Below are positions 21,138 to 30,658 of a stretch of 32,765 bases of DNA, one piece after another. The position numbers and the translations under genes are program-made. The stretch lies in the NCBI GenBank assembly GCA_039024555.1, contig JBCCQQ010000066.1, positions 1 through 32,765 on the forward strand, written 5' to 3'. The DNA is from Cyanobacteria bacterium P01_D01_bin.156 (GTDB lineage Bacteria > Cyanobacteriota > Cyanobacteriia > Phormidesmidales > Phormidesmidaceae). The notes beneath the pieces were generated by a model. The model worked only from the letters and a program-made list of their open reading frames with translations, was not told the DNA's origin and made no database searches. Position 1 is the stretch's first letter; each line of letters begins with the position of its first letter.

Positions 21138-22475
21138 TTGGCAAACGTTATCGTAATTGGTGCCCAGTGGGGCGATGAAGGTAAAGGAAAAATCACCGAT
21201 CTGCTAAGTAAATCAGCGGATGTGGTTGTCCGTTACCAAGGTGGTGTAAATGCGGGTCACACAGTTGTTGTGAAGGATCAGACTTTTAAGTTGCATCTGA
21301 TCCCATCAGGCATTTTGTATCGTGACACCGAATGTTTAATTGGCAGTGGAACTGTTATCGACCCCAAAGAGCTAATAGCTGAACTTGACAAGCTAGATAG
21401 CCTGGGAGTTTCTAGCAAAAATCTCTTCATCTCAGAAACTGCCCATGTAACGATGCCCTACCATCGCTTGATTGATCAGGCATCGGAAGAGCGCCGAGGC
21501 AACAACAAAATTGGAACAACGAAGCGTGGCATTGGACCAACCTATGCTGACAAGTCAGAGCGTACCGGTATCCGCATCTGTGACTTGATGGATTTATCCG
21601 CCTTCCGGGAACAACTGGAGTGGACAATCAATTACAAAAATATTGTTCTAGAGAAACTTTATAACCTTCCTCCTCTCGACCCAGAAGAGGTTTATCAAGA
21701 GTATGAGGTCTATGCCGAGCGTCTGCGCTCCCACGTTGTAGATAGTTCCTTACATATTTACAACGCCTTACAAAAGCGTAAAAATGTTTTGTTCGAAGGT
21801 GCCCAAGGAACACTCTTAGATCTCGACCACGGCACCTATCCCTATGTGACCTCATCTAACCCGGTAGCAGGAGGCGCTTGTATTGGGTCTGGTATTGGCC
21901 CCACCGCTGTAGACCGAGTCATTGGCGTTGCCAAAGCTTACACAACTCGTGTTGGGGAAGGTCCTTTTCCGACTGAACTATTTGACGAGATGGGTAATGC
22001 CCTTTGCATGCGAGGTGCCGAATTTGGTACAACCACAGGGCGTCAGCGACGTTGTGGCTGGTTTGATGCTGTTATTGGACGCTACGCTGTTCGCATCAAT
22101 GGCCTCGATTGTTTAGCGGTTACCAAGCTTGATGTCTTGGATGAAATGGATGAGATCAAAGTCTGTGTTGCGTATGAATTAGACGGAGAGGAATGTCACG
22201 ACCTTCCTGGCAGTGCTAGCAAGTTTGCTCGCTGTAAACCAGTGTATGAAATCATGCCTGGTTGGAAGCAGTCTACGGCCAACTGTCGTCGTTTGGAAGA
22301 TTTACCCAAGCAGGCTCTAGATTATTTGGAGTTTTTAGCCAAACTGATGGAAGTCCCCATCGCGATTGTGTCCCTTGGAGCCAGCCGCGACCAAACCATC
22401 ATTGTTGAAGATCCCATCCATGGCCCCAAGAGAGCTTTACTCTATGAAAATGGTGGAGCTTTCAAGGTTGCCTAA
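21138..22475 (+). CDS. purA: Adenylosuccinate synthetase
   Basis: [42 protein letters not shown]. Confidence 0.98.
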   Translation: MANVIVIGAQWGDEGKGKITDLLSKSADVVVRYQGGVNAGHTVVVKDQTFKLHLIPSGILYRDTECLIGSGTVIDPKELIAELDKLDSLGVSSKNLFISETAHVTMPYHRLIDQASEERRGNNKIGTTKRGIGPTYADKSERTGIRICDLMDLSAFREQLEWTINYKNIVLEKLYNLPPLDPEEVYQEYEVYAERLRSHVVDSSLHIYNALQKRKNVLFEGAQGTLLDLDHGTYPYVTSSNPVAGGACIGSGIGPTAVDRVIGVAKAYTTRVGEGPFPTELFDEMGNALCMRGAEFGTTTGRQRRCGWFDAVIGRYAVRINGLDCLAVTKLDVLDEMDEIKVCVAYELDGEECHDLPGSASKFARCKPVYEIMPGWKQSTANCRRLEDLPKQALDYLEFLAKLMEVPIAIVSLGASRDQTIIVEDPIHGPKRALLYENGGAFKVA

Positions 22476-22678
22476 GTGATCTTCACTGCTACATTCAGGT
22501 CACAGTAGCCTGTAGCAGACGCTGCAGATTAAAAACGCATTCCGAGTCATCAACCCATGGTAATAGTAAATATCTGCATGGGGGTTAAGGCTGAGGCAAA
22601 CTCAAGATACAATAGTCAACCGGCCATCTGATCATATTTTGCGGACCAACCGTTTTTTTTCACTAATCGGACAATACA

Positions 22679-22969
22679 ATGGAACTGACTCTCGACTGTA
22701 GTAAGCGCATTGATACTGATAAGCCTCGGGCATTACGCCGCGAAGGGGTAACACCAGCAGTTCTATACGGCCATGATGGAACTAACTCCATTGCCCTCAA
22801 GGCTAACACTCGAGAAGTTGAGGCATTGTTGCGTCAGGCTAAGGGACAAAAGGTTGAGCTCACCCTAAATGTGGAAGATATGCCGTGGAATGGCAAGGTT
22901 GTTCTACAAGAAGTTCAAAATCATCCCTGGAAAAGCATGATTTATCACATTAGCTTTTTAGCTCAGTAG
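22679..22969 (+). CDS. rplY: 50S ribosomal protein L25 (short form)
   Basis: ALRREGVTPAVLYG, EVQNHPWK..IYHISF. Confidence 0.92.
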   Translation: MELTLDCSKRIDTDKPRALRREGVTPAVLYGHDGTNSIALKANTREVEALLRQAKGQKVELTLNVEDMPWNGKVVLQEVQNHPWKSMIYHISFLAQ

Positions 22970-23009
22970 CGATTGAGAAAAAAGCATTATTCAATCGTAT
23001 TTAGCATTC

Positions 23010-23044
23010 AAAAGCGCTTCAGACTTTTTTTCTGAAGCGCTTTT
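23010..23044 (+). terminator. Terminator after rplY
   Basis: aaaagcgcttcaga / tctgaagcgctttt perfect 14-bp stem. Confidence 0.8.
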
Positions 23045-23069
23045 ACTTGTGTTTGGAAACTTCCACGGC

Positions 23070-23135
23070 CCCATTGCTCTGAGACCCATTGCTCTGAGAC
23101 CCATCGCTCTGAGACCCATCGCTCTGAGACCCATC
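23070..23135. repeat. 15-bp tandem repeat, ~4.4 copies
   Basis: cccattgctctgaga x2, cccatcgctctgaga x2, then cccatc. Confidence 0.95.
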
Positions 23136-23268
23136 TTAAGCACTGACTCTGAAACGCACTTCACGTTAACGTGTATGTTTTTGATTCTTTTAAGTAGAAG
23201 CAGCCACTTGTGGAATGGCCAGGTATAGTATATGCGTTAGGCCCAACAGTAACCTTTTTTTAACAGAC

Positions 23269-23565
23269 ATGGGAGCACCTAAAGGCAAGCCAGTAATCAA
23301 CGATATGACAGATTTGATTGTGCCTTCTGCACTTCGAATTTGGCTGGTCTTTTTATTGGTCTTTATTTTGTTGGGATATCCAGTCACCGTCAGTATTCTA
23401 TTTGGGGCCATTGGAGGGTTTGCAGGAGGGCTAGTCACTGCCTGGTGGAATGCCCTTGGTGGAGAACCTACGCCTAAGGAAACGCAAAGCTCATCTCGCT
23501 TTTTTCGCTTACCAACATTGAGATGGCGCACCGAACGTCGCCATTTGAGACGACGCCAGCGGTAG
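23269..23565 (+). CDS. Small membrane protein (2 TM, basic C-tail)
   Basis: WLVFLLVFILLGY..SILFGAIGGFAGGLV; start uncertain (23215/23269). Confidence 0.65.
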   Translation: MGAPKGKPVINDMTDLIVPSALRIWLVFLLVFILLGYPVTVSILFGAIGGFAGGLVTAWWNALGGEPTPKETQSSSRFFRLPTLRWRTERRHLRRRQR

Positions 23566-23571
23566 CGAACT

Positions 23572-24363
23572 ATGTTTATTGTTCTGTCAAAATTACTGCC
23601 CCTCTTCGTTTATCCTCTGGGGTTAAGCTGTATTTTGCTGGGGTTGGCTTTAATTTGGCTATGGAAATTTCCTCGTCGAGCATTGTTAGCGATCGCAACG
23701 GCGCTACTGATTTTATTTTGCTCCAGCAATCCACTCATTGCTTCTCATTTCGTTAAAACTCTCGAATGGCAATATCTTCCCCCCGATCCAGTTCCTGCGG
23801 CAGAAGCCATCGTAGTCCTAGGAGGAAGTACGTACGCCCAATCACCACCCCGCCCCTGGGTTGAAGTATCCGACGCAGGCGATCGCATATTATACGGCGT
23901 TAAACTCTACCAAGATGGTTTCGCACCACTGATACTTTTTAGTGGTGGGCGCATTCCCTGGAAAGGTGGCGGACCACCAGAAGCAGAGGATATGACTAAA
24001 ATAGCACTGGCCATGGGAGTCCCCGAACGCAATATTGTGCAAGAAAGCGAATCCCTGAATACCTATCAAAATGCCGTTAACACGGCCAAAATACTCCGAC
24101 AACGACAGATCAACACAATCTTACTTGTCACATCTGCTCTACATATGCCAAGAGCCATCGGCATTTTTGAAAAGCAAGGGTTTGATGTCATAGCCGCCCC
24201 CACAGACTATTGGGTATCGCAACAATCCTTGTCAGAAATGCAGGGTATCTCCGTAGGCACTATTTTAAATGTTCTCCCCGACGCTGAAGCTCTAAATTTC
24301 TTTACCAAAGCAATCAAAGAATACATTGGTTCAATGATTTATCGATTACGGGGTTGGTTATAA
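23572..24363 (+). CDS. YdcF/ElyC (DUF218) family protein
   Basis: IVVLGG, DRILYG, FSGG, ESLNTYQNA, LVTSALHMPRA. Confidence 0.92.
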   Translation: MFIVLSKLLPLFVYPLGLSCILLGLALIWLWKFPRRALLAIATALLILFCSSNPLIASHFVKTLEWQYLPPDPVPAAEAIVVLGGSTYAQSPPRPWVEVSDAGDRILYGVKLYQDGFAPLILFSGGRIPWKGGGPPEAEDMTKIALAMGVPERNIVQESESLNTYQNAVNTAKILRQRQINTILLVTSALHMPRAIGIFEKQGFDVIAAPTDYWVSQQSLSEMQGISVGTILNVLPDAEALNFFTKAIKEYIGSMIYRLRGWL

Positions 24364-24398
24364 CCCCCTTACTAGCTCCATACCTTGCAATCAAAAAG

Positions 24399-24617
24399 AT
24401 GCTTCAACGCCAATCGACTTATCTACCCAATGACAGTCACAATCTGCTGGCCCTACATCAAGTCGCCTATGACTTTCGACAAGAAGTAAACTACCGTGAA
24501 GCATTTGAAGAGCATTGTCAGTGGTACTACGCCCAAGCGCAAAAGCATCAGGCCGAATTAGCCTCTATGGAAAAAGATATTTCACTTTTCGCCTGGTTTT
24601 CTCGACCTAGGCAATAG
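24399..24617 (+). CDS. Small hypothetical protein
   Basis: 72-aa helical ORF (DFRQEVNYREAFEEHCQWY) directly after ydcF. Confidence 0.65.
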   Translation: MLQRQSTYLPNDSHNLLALHQVAYDFRQEVNYREAFEEHCQWYYAQAQKHQAELASMEKDISLFAWFSRPRQ

Positions 24618-24924
24618 AGTTGTATAGCCCTGTTTGGAAGATTCTTAGTAAAAGACGAGATTAAGGAGATTCGACTCGCTGCTGAGAGAATGGAGCTCGA
24701 CGTTCTCTTTGAAGATCTTCCCAAGATTATCAGCTCACTGGATAGTGGAACTCAACGTATCTTGGACGGGGAACAGAGTTTAAACTTCATTACCCCTATG
24801 CCAATTGGTGGCATCTTAGAAGATCGGCCTTGTTAAGCTTAAACCCATTAGTCATCAAGATATCTTGAACAGGTGTCTCAACCCATCGTCTTCTCTAATT
24901 AGCAATCACCACTGCAGGCCACTA

Positions 24925-25170
24925 TTAAGACAGCACCTCTAATTCCATATTTGATAGATGAGCTTTAAAGGGACGCTTTGCACCTTCAATACTGAACTCA
25001 ACCACCACAGGAAAGTTAGGGCTAATCGGGCGACCTTGCCAATCATTCAGTACTTGCTTGACAGTTCCTTCCATCCCCTCTGCATCATGAGGTTGATTGC
25101 GATGGTTAGGATGATGGAATAAAACAACCGGAGAAGAAACCCGCACACGATCGCCAGCTTTGATAGACAT
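24925..25170 (-). CDS. ftrV: Ferredoxin-thioredoxin reductase variable chain
   Basis: GDRVRV..V.FHHPNHRNQPHD..GMEG.V..WQGRPISPNFP...FKAHL. Confidence 0.9.
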   Translation of the reverse strand: MSIKAGDRVRVSSPVVLFHHPNHRNQPHDAEGMEGTVKQVLNDWQGRPISPNFPVVVEFSIEGAKRPFKAHLSNMELEVLS

Positions 25171-25257
25171 TAGTAACCTGAACACTATAACAACCTTGTA
25201 CAACTCATAAGCAGTTGCACCTCGATTGCTATTTTCCCACAATATAGCGCCATGCCT

Positions 25258-25291
25258 CAGACTTTAACAATTTTTGTGTTGTTAAAGTCTG
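25258..25291 (-). terminator. Hairpin downstream of the PP2C gene
   Basis: cagactttaacaa / ttgttaaagtctg 13-bp stem. Confidence 0.6.
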
Positions 25292-25309
25292 GCCTGAGAG
25301 TTGTTGATA

Positions 25310-27133
25310 TTATTCAAGGTCGGAGTCAAGGGCTGGTGGCTCTGGTGCAGAAGAATCAGGCTGAAGATTTTGCCATAGAAAGATGCCGGCAACACCAGCA
25401 ATGCTTGCCGCAATTAATACAATGATACTTACGACCAATGCTTGAAGCGAGCGGCGAGTCTGAGGAGCCTCCTCTGATACTGCCTCGGGTGCCTCATCGC
25501 TGTCTCCGCCTTCACCGTATAGTAAGACCTTCGATGCAGCCGTCAGCTCAGTTTCATAGGGGTTCTTCTCAGTTTCTGTGATAGAAGGAATCTCTACGTT
25601 GTCATCAAGCACAACGGTATTTCCTGAAATTTTGCAGCTCATTAAAACAACAGCGATATTGTCATGGCCGTTTTTCTGGTTTGCCAGCTCTACCCAAGAT
25701 TCAACCGCTGTATTCAGAGAAACGATATCTTTCACAATCAGGCCGATGTAATTCGCCCATGAGGTTTCGACTCGTTGGTTATCACTCAGACCATCAGAAC
25801 ACAGCATCAGAACACCGGTTTCATCCAACAAAAACCGTTGAATATGAGGCTTGAGTCGCTCTGCTTCGCGAGTACCTAGGGCCTGAGTCAGGGCGGCGGC
25901 ATCATTACGGGCACGGGCAACATAGGGGTAGCTATGGCCCAAGGTGATTTCTCGAGTAGCGACATCATCATCCACTGTCAGCAGGTGGCAAGCTTCTGGG
26001 GTAATCCAATAGGCACGGCTATCGCCTACGTGGGCAATATAGAGCTCATTCACTTCTACGTTGCCCTGGGGAGTGGGCACCTGTTGGGGAATCATCACAG
26101 CTACAACCAAGGTCGTGCCCATCCGCTGCCGCTCGGTACGCCCCTGGCTATCATTGTGACTGGCCACTAAGTTGTTCGCTACGCGAATAGCAGCTTCGAT
26201 CTGCTCCGTAACAACATGGGGGGGTAAAGGAGCGTCTTGCTGAGCGCATTCGGACAGCAGGCTTCGCAGCTGCAGCTGGAGCGATCGCACCACCGTTTGG
26301 CTAGCGACTTCTCCCCCAGCATGACCGCCGACACCATCACAAACAATAGCAATGCGGGGCAAACTCGGTAAATCCGCCATACTCGACCGGGCTAGTTCCG
26401 CCTGGCTAGGGTAGCAGGCATCCTCATTATGAGGCTGCTGACCACTGCTGGTACTCCCAGCCACTTGGGTCATCAAGGAAACCCCCATGGCCTGGGTGAG
26501 AAGGACTCGATTTAGATGCTCCAGAATGTTCTGAAAATTTGGCTGGGGATGGCCACATTGTTCAATCACCGCCTGTAAACCCGTGGCGACAGCTGCAGAG
26601 GATTTAGGTACGAGTGTGGCCAGCAATGCGCCCAAATCTTTAAGCTGCGGGGTCCCCGACACCAAGTTACTCAACCGAATACACCAGCCATCCACATGAA
26701 TGGCCTCGGGAGCGATGAGGCTGGCCGCCACATCTAACTCACTCAAATGGGGCCACAAACTGAACAACTGCCAGCACCAGTAAACCTGACGAAAGGGAGT
26801 CGCCCCCGACCAGGCTGACCCCAAAGTTGGCAATAAACGACCGTGACGATCTAGAGGCACATTATCCAGCAGTAACACTGAATCACCTTCCAGGGAGCAC
26901 TCACCATATACCGTTGGGACATGCAGCTGATGAGGATAGGCATGCAAATAGGGCAGCGCGGCTGTTGAAACTGTTGCAGAGTTCTCTGGTGGGTCTGGGT
27001 ACTGAGTGTCTTGCCATATTCCCGGCCCTAGTACCCAGTAGCGCTCATTCACACTTTGACCGGGAGGAACATTACGCCCAGGGCCAAAGGCTAAAACATA
27101 CTTTTTAAGAGGGTAAGAATCCACTTGAGTCAT
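25310..27133 (-). CDS. PP2C-family Ser/Thr protein phosphatase with C-terminal TM anchor
   Basis: HNEDA, VCDGVGGH, MGTT, AHVGDSRAY, LCSDGL, GHDNIA; start taken at ATG 27133 (ORF track starts at 27208). Confidence 0.9.
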   Translation of the reverse strand: MTQVDSYPLKKYVLAFGPGRNVPPGQSVNERYWVLGPGIWQDTQYPDPPENSATVSTAALPYLHAYPHQLHVPTVYGECSLEGDSVLLLDNVPLDRHGRLLPTLGSAWSGATPFRQVYWCWQLFSLWPHLSELDVAASLIAPEAIHVDGWCIRLSNLVSGTPQLKDLGALLATLVPKSSAAVATGLQAVIEQCGHPQPNFQNILEHLNRVLLTQAMGVSLMTQVAGSTSSGQQPHNEDACYPSQAELARSSMADLPSLPRIAIVCDGVGGHAGGEVASQTVVRSLQLQLRSLLSECAQQDAPLPPHVVTEQIEAAIRVANNLVASHNDSQGRTERQRMGTTLVVAVMIPQQVPTPQGNVEVNELYIAHVGDSRAYWITPEACHLLTVDDDVATREITLGHSYPYVARARNDAAALTQALGTREAERLKPHIQRFLLDETGVLMLCSDGLSDNQRVETSWANYIGLIVKDIVSLNTAVESWVELANQKNGHDNIAVVLMSCKISGNTVVLDDNVEIPSITETEKNPYETELTAASKVLLYGEGGDSDEAPEAVSEEAPQTRRSLQALVVSIIVLIAASIAGVAGIFLWQNLQPDSSAPEPPALDSDLE

Positions 27134-27392
27134 GGCAGCCAAATGTTTCGCCGGGGATAACTTTATCAGGCTAGGACAAGGAATATGCTTGCTGGCTCTA
27201 ATCACCAACTCCTAACCTGACGGACAACTGACGCATCTGCCAATTGCCATGCCCTTGGGGTCAATCATCCAAGGAGCCAAAAGATTAGATTCAATGGTAG
27301 TCGTAAAGGGCTCAATTGAGGAGTTCCTTAACATCCTCTGCCAATTGGATTGGCCTACATTACCCTTGAGATAACACAAACCTACAAGGCTA

Positions 27393-27821
27393 ATGAATTT
27401 GGCGATTTTTTGGATTCTGATGGGGGTGGGACTCTGTGTGATGGAGTTGATGATTCCGACTGCATTTTTGGAATCAGCACTGGGCGTGAGTGCCGTTGCC
27501 GTAGGGTTATTGGTCCTGACAATCTCCATACCTTTTAACTGGCAGGTAGCGCTATGGATGGTGCTATCCCTACTCATCTTTTGGGGACTGCGACGCTTTG
27601 CACCTCGACGGCAGCCTCCAGCCCTGATGGATTCAACAGAAGCTAAAACAATTACATCGATTCCACCGGGGGAAAGTGGACGGGTAATGTACGAAGGTAT
27701 TTCATGGCCAGCTTGCTGTAGCGATCGCGAAATGGCCATTGGCACTGGCCAAACAGTGATTGTAGTTGGTCGTCAGGGAAACACTTTAATTGTGATGCCC
27801 GAAAGCACTCTACTGAGCTAA
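27393..27821 (+). CDS. NfeD family membrane protein
   Basis: N-terminal TMs, GRVMYEGISWPA OB fold, adjacent to SPFH gene. Confidence 0.9.
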   Translation: MNLAIFWILMGVGLCVMELMIPTAFLESALGVSAVAVGLLVLTISIPFNWQVALWMVLSLLIFWGLRRFAPRRQPPALMDSTEAKTITSIPPGESGRVMYEGISWPACCSDREMAIGTGQTVIVVGRQGNTLIVMPESTLLS

Positions 27822-27896
27822 TCAGGTTTTAGCGCTTACTTTTCATTATTGAAATATCCCTCACTCGAAAGCACACACTATCAGAAAGCACACACT

Positions 27897-28850
27897 ATGA
27901 ACCCACTGGCACTATTGATTATGTTGGCATTTGGCGGTTCTATCGCCGCCGGATCAGTGCGTATCGTCAACCAGGGAGATGAAGCATTAGTCGAAAGCCT
28001 GGGTCGATACACTGGCAAAAAACTACAGCCAGGCTTAAACGTTACCGTCCCTTTTATTGACAAGGTTGTTTACAAACAAACCATTCGCGAAAAGGTCCTG
28101 GATGTACCAGCACAACAGTGCATCACCCGTGACAACGTGTCGATTTCCGTAGACGCTGTGGTTTATTGGCGTATCGTTGATTTGGAAAAAGCCTATTACA
28201 AGGTAGAAAATCTGCAAGCCGCCATGGTAAACCTGGTGCTCACACAGATTCGGGCAGAAATGGGCAAGTTAGAACTAGACGAAACATTCACAGCTCGTTC
28301 AGAAATTAACGAATCTCTACTGCGAGAATTAGACATTTCGACCGATCCTTGGGGTGTAAAAGTTACTCGGGTGGAACTCAGAGACATTGTGCCGTCTAAG
28401 GCCGTTCAAGACTCCATGGAATTACAAATGGCTGCAGAACGCCGTAAGCGAGCAGCAGTTCTCACATCCGAGGGGGAGCGAGAATCGGCGGTCAATGCCG
28501 CCCAGGGCCAGGCAGAGGCAGAAGTCCTGGCGGCTGAAGCGCGGAAAAAAGCAACCATTTTAGAAGCCGAAGCTGAACAGAAAACTATTGTGCTCAAAGC
28601 TCAGGCTGACCGTCAGGAGCAGGTTCTACGGGCTCAAGCCACAGCTGAAGCTATCCAAGTGCTAGCGCAAAAGCTCAAAAGTGACCCCACAGCTCATGAA
28701 GCCTTGCAGTTTTTACTCGCCCAGGAATATTTAGATGTTGGCAGCAAAATCGGCGCTAGCGAAAGCAGTAAGGTGATGTTTATGGACCCTCGAGCCATTC
28801 CTGCAACACTGGAAGGCATGAAGGCTATCGTGGATGATTTAGGGCGGTAA
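27897..28850 (+). CDS. SPFH/band 7 (stomatin-like) protein
   Basis: [39 protein letters not shown]. Confidence 0.93.
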   Translation: MNPLALLIMLAFGGSIAAGSVRIVNQGDEALVESLGRYTGKKLQPGLNVTVPFIDKVVYKQTIREKVLDVPAQQCITRDNVSISVDAVVYWRIVDLEKAYYKVENLQAAMVNLVLTQIRAEMGKLELDETFTARSEINESLLRELDISTDPWGVKVTRVELRDIVPSKAVQDSMELQMAAERRKRAAVLTSEGERESAVNAAQGQAEAEVLAAEARKKATILEAEAEQKTIVLKAQADRQEQVLRAQATAEAIQVLAQKLKSDPTAHEALQFLLAQEYLDVGSKIGASESSKVMFMDPRAIPATLEGMKAIVDDLGR

Positions 28851-28863
28851 ACAGCCTGTGCTT

Positions 28864-28901
28864 GAATTCGGAAGTTTCCCTGCATTCCAACTTCCGAATT
28901 C
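28864..28901. terminator. Heptamer-derived hairpin between convergent SPFH and zur genes
   Basis: gaattcggaagtt / aacttccgaattc perfect 13-bp stem. Confidence 0.6.
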
Positions 28902-28959
28902 TGAACTCCACATGCAAACTCCTAACCATCTCAAGATCTGAACCACCCAAAGCATCCCC

Positions 28960-29349
28960 TTAACTAGAGGCCATCTGACACTCTGCACAGAGGCCAAAAA
29001 ATTCGAGGGTGTGGTAGAAAATGCGGAAATGGTGAGAGGCATTCAGGTGCTGCTCGAGATCATGAACCGGGCATTCTTCAATGGGTAAAGAATCCCCACA
29101 CCGTAGGCAGGTGAGGTGATGTCGATCTTCATGGCTAAGACTGTAAAGAGATTCGCCATTGGACAGGGTACGCACCTGCACAGTGCCATCTAGCTTCAGA
29201 GCTTCTAAGGCGCGATATATCGTTGCTAAACCAATACGACTCCCCTCTTGCCTCATGGCACTGTGCAAATCTTGGGCAGAAATAGCCTGTTTTTGGCTTT
29301 GAAGGGTTTCCAGGATGCGCTCCTGGTTACGCGTGCGGCGGATATCCAT
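28960..29349 (-). CDS. zur: Fur family regulator, Zur/FurB type
   Basis: GLATIYRALEALKLDG, HHLTCLRCG, ECPVHDLE, YHTLEFFGLCAEC as in cyanobacterial Zur. Confidence 0.85.
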   Translation of the reverse strand: MDIRRTRNQERILETLQSQKQAISAQDLHSAMRQEGSRIGLATIYRALEALKLDGTVQVRTLSNGESLYSLSHEDRHHLTCLRCGDSLPIEECPVHDLEQHLNASHHFRIFYHTLEFFGLCAECQMASS

Positions 29350-29629
29350 GGGTTTAACGGGAGATATACGGTTGCTGATCGAGACGAGTCGTAAAGCTAA
29401 CTACGATAAATATATAGATTAAAATTGTCCCATGGGTACTAATGCCAGATATTCCCTATTAGCTTAGTCCGTTCACCCAGAGTTAGGGTAGGCATATCAG
29501 CTAGCCTAGCATCGCCCCACAGTGCTAATGATTGCCAGCTTTTCTAGACATGACCGATATTGTTAATCATGGGTACAAAGCTATAAGATGGCACCACAAA
29601 CCCCACCCTCTTAAATTTGGATTTGCATT

Positions 29630-29896
29630 GTGGCACAGACTTACCAGGCTCAAGTTTATGTAACGCTTCATTCCTCCGTTCTAGACCCAGCTGGGACAGC
29701 AGTGCATTCCGGTCTAGAGCATATGGGATATGAAAATGTGGAAAGTGTGCGCATTGGGAAATATATTGAGGTGTCGCTGACAGCAGATAGTGAAGCAGCC
29801 GCACGGCAGCAGTTGGACCGCATGAGCGATCAGCTCCTGGCAAATCCAGTCATTGAAAATTATCGAATTGAATTGCAAGCGATGGCGACGGTATAG
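29630..29896 (+). CDS. purS: FGAM synthase subunit PurS
   Basis: SVLDPAG, VRIGKYIE, LLANPVIENY. Confidence 0.95.
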   Translation: MAQTYQAQVYVTLHSSVLDPAGTAVHSGLEHMGYENVESVRIGKYIEVSLTADSEAAARQQLDRMSDQLLANPVIENYRIELQAMATV

Positions 29897-29944
29897 CCTG
29901 CCCCTCTGAATGGGAATAAGGTGTTGAATAATGGCGAAGGTTCT

Positions 29945-30643
29945 ATGAAATTTGGTGTTGTTACATTTCCAGGTTCTAACTGCGATCGCGACGTCGTCTA
30001 TGTCACCCGCGACATTCTACAGCGCCCCACCCATCGCATTTGGCATGAAGACAGCGATCTAGGAGATGTGGATGTGGTGGTCATCCCAGGAGGCTTCAGC
30101 TACGGCGACTATCTACGCTGCGGAGCCGTTGCCCAATTTTCTCCGGCTATGAGGTCCGTAATTGACTATGCCAATAAAGGTGGTCTAGTACTTGGCATTT
30201 GCAATGGCTTTCAAATTTTGACCGAGGTGGGACTACTACCCGGTGCGCTGATGCGCAATCGCGATATGCGGTTTATTTGCGATCGCACGCCCCTCGTAGT
30301 CCAACGCAATAACTTGCCTTGGACCCAAGGTTACAGCCAAGACCAAGTCATCACGATTCCCATCGCCCATGGCGAAGGCTGTTATTACGCTGATGGTGAC
30401 ACCCTCAAATCGTTAGAAGACAACCAGCAAGTTGTCTTCCGATATAGCGGTCCGGACGGAACCGTTGATAATAGCCATAACCCCAACGGCTCTCTGAACA
30501 ATATTGCCGGCATCTGCAACCCACAAGGTAATGTCCTTGGTATGATGCCCCACCCTGAGAGAGCAGCGGATCCCAGAGTAGGAGGTACCGATGGTCTACA
30601 CATATTTGAAGCACTGCTAACCACTGCCCTCACCACCGTTTGA
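29945..30643 (+). CDS. purQ: FGAM synthase subunit PurQ
   Basis: FPGSNCD, PGGFSYGDYLR, GICNGFQ, GMMPHPER. Confidence 0.97.
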   Translation: MKFGVVTFPGSNCDRDVVYVTRDILQRPTHRIWHEDSDLGDVDVVVIPGGFSYGDYLRCGAVAQFSPAMRSVIDYANKGGLVLGICNGFQILTEVGLLPGALMRNRDMRFICDRTPLVVQRNNLPWTQGYSQDQVITIPIAHGEGCYYADGDTLKSLEDNQQVVFRYSGPDGTVDNSHNPNGSLNNIAGICNPQGNVLGMMPHPERAADPRVGGTDGLHIFEALLTTALTTV

Positions 30644-30658
30644 CAATGACTACCCGAC

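Noticed and set aside
27212..29042. Minus-strand ORFs over nfeD/SPFH
   Set aside because: Antisense to well-supported genes, no motifs.
29350..29629. Zur box or purine riboswitch between zur and purS
   Set aside because: No convincing TGATAATnATTATCA palindrome or riboswitch consensus seen.
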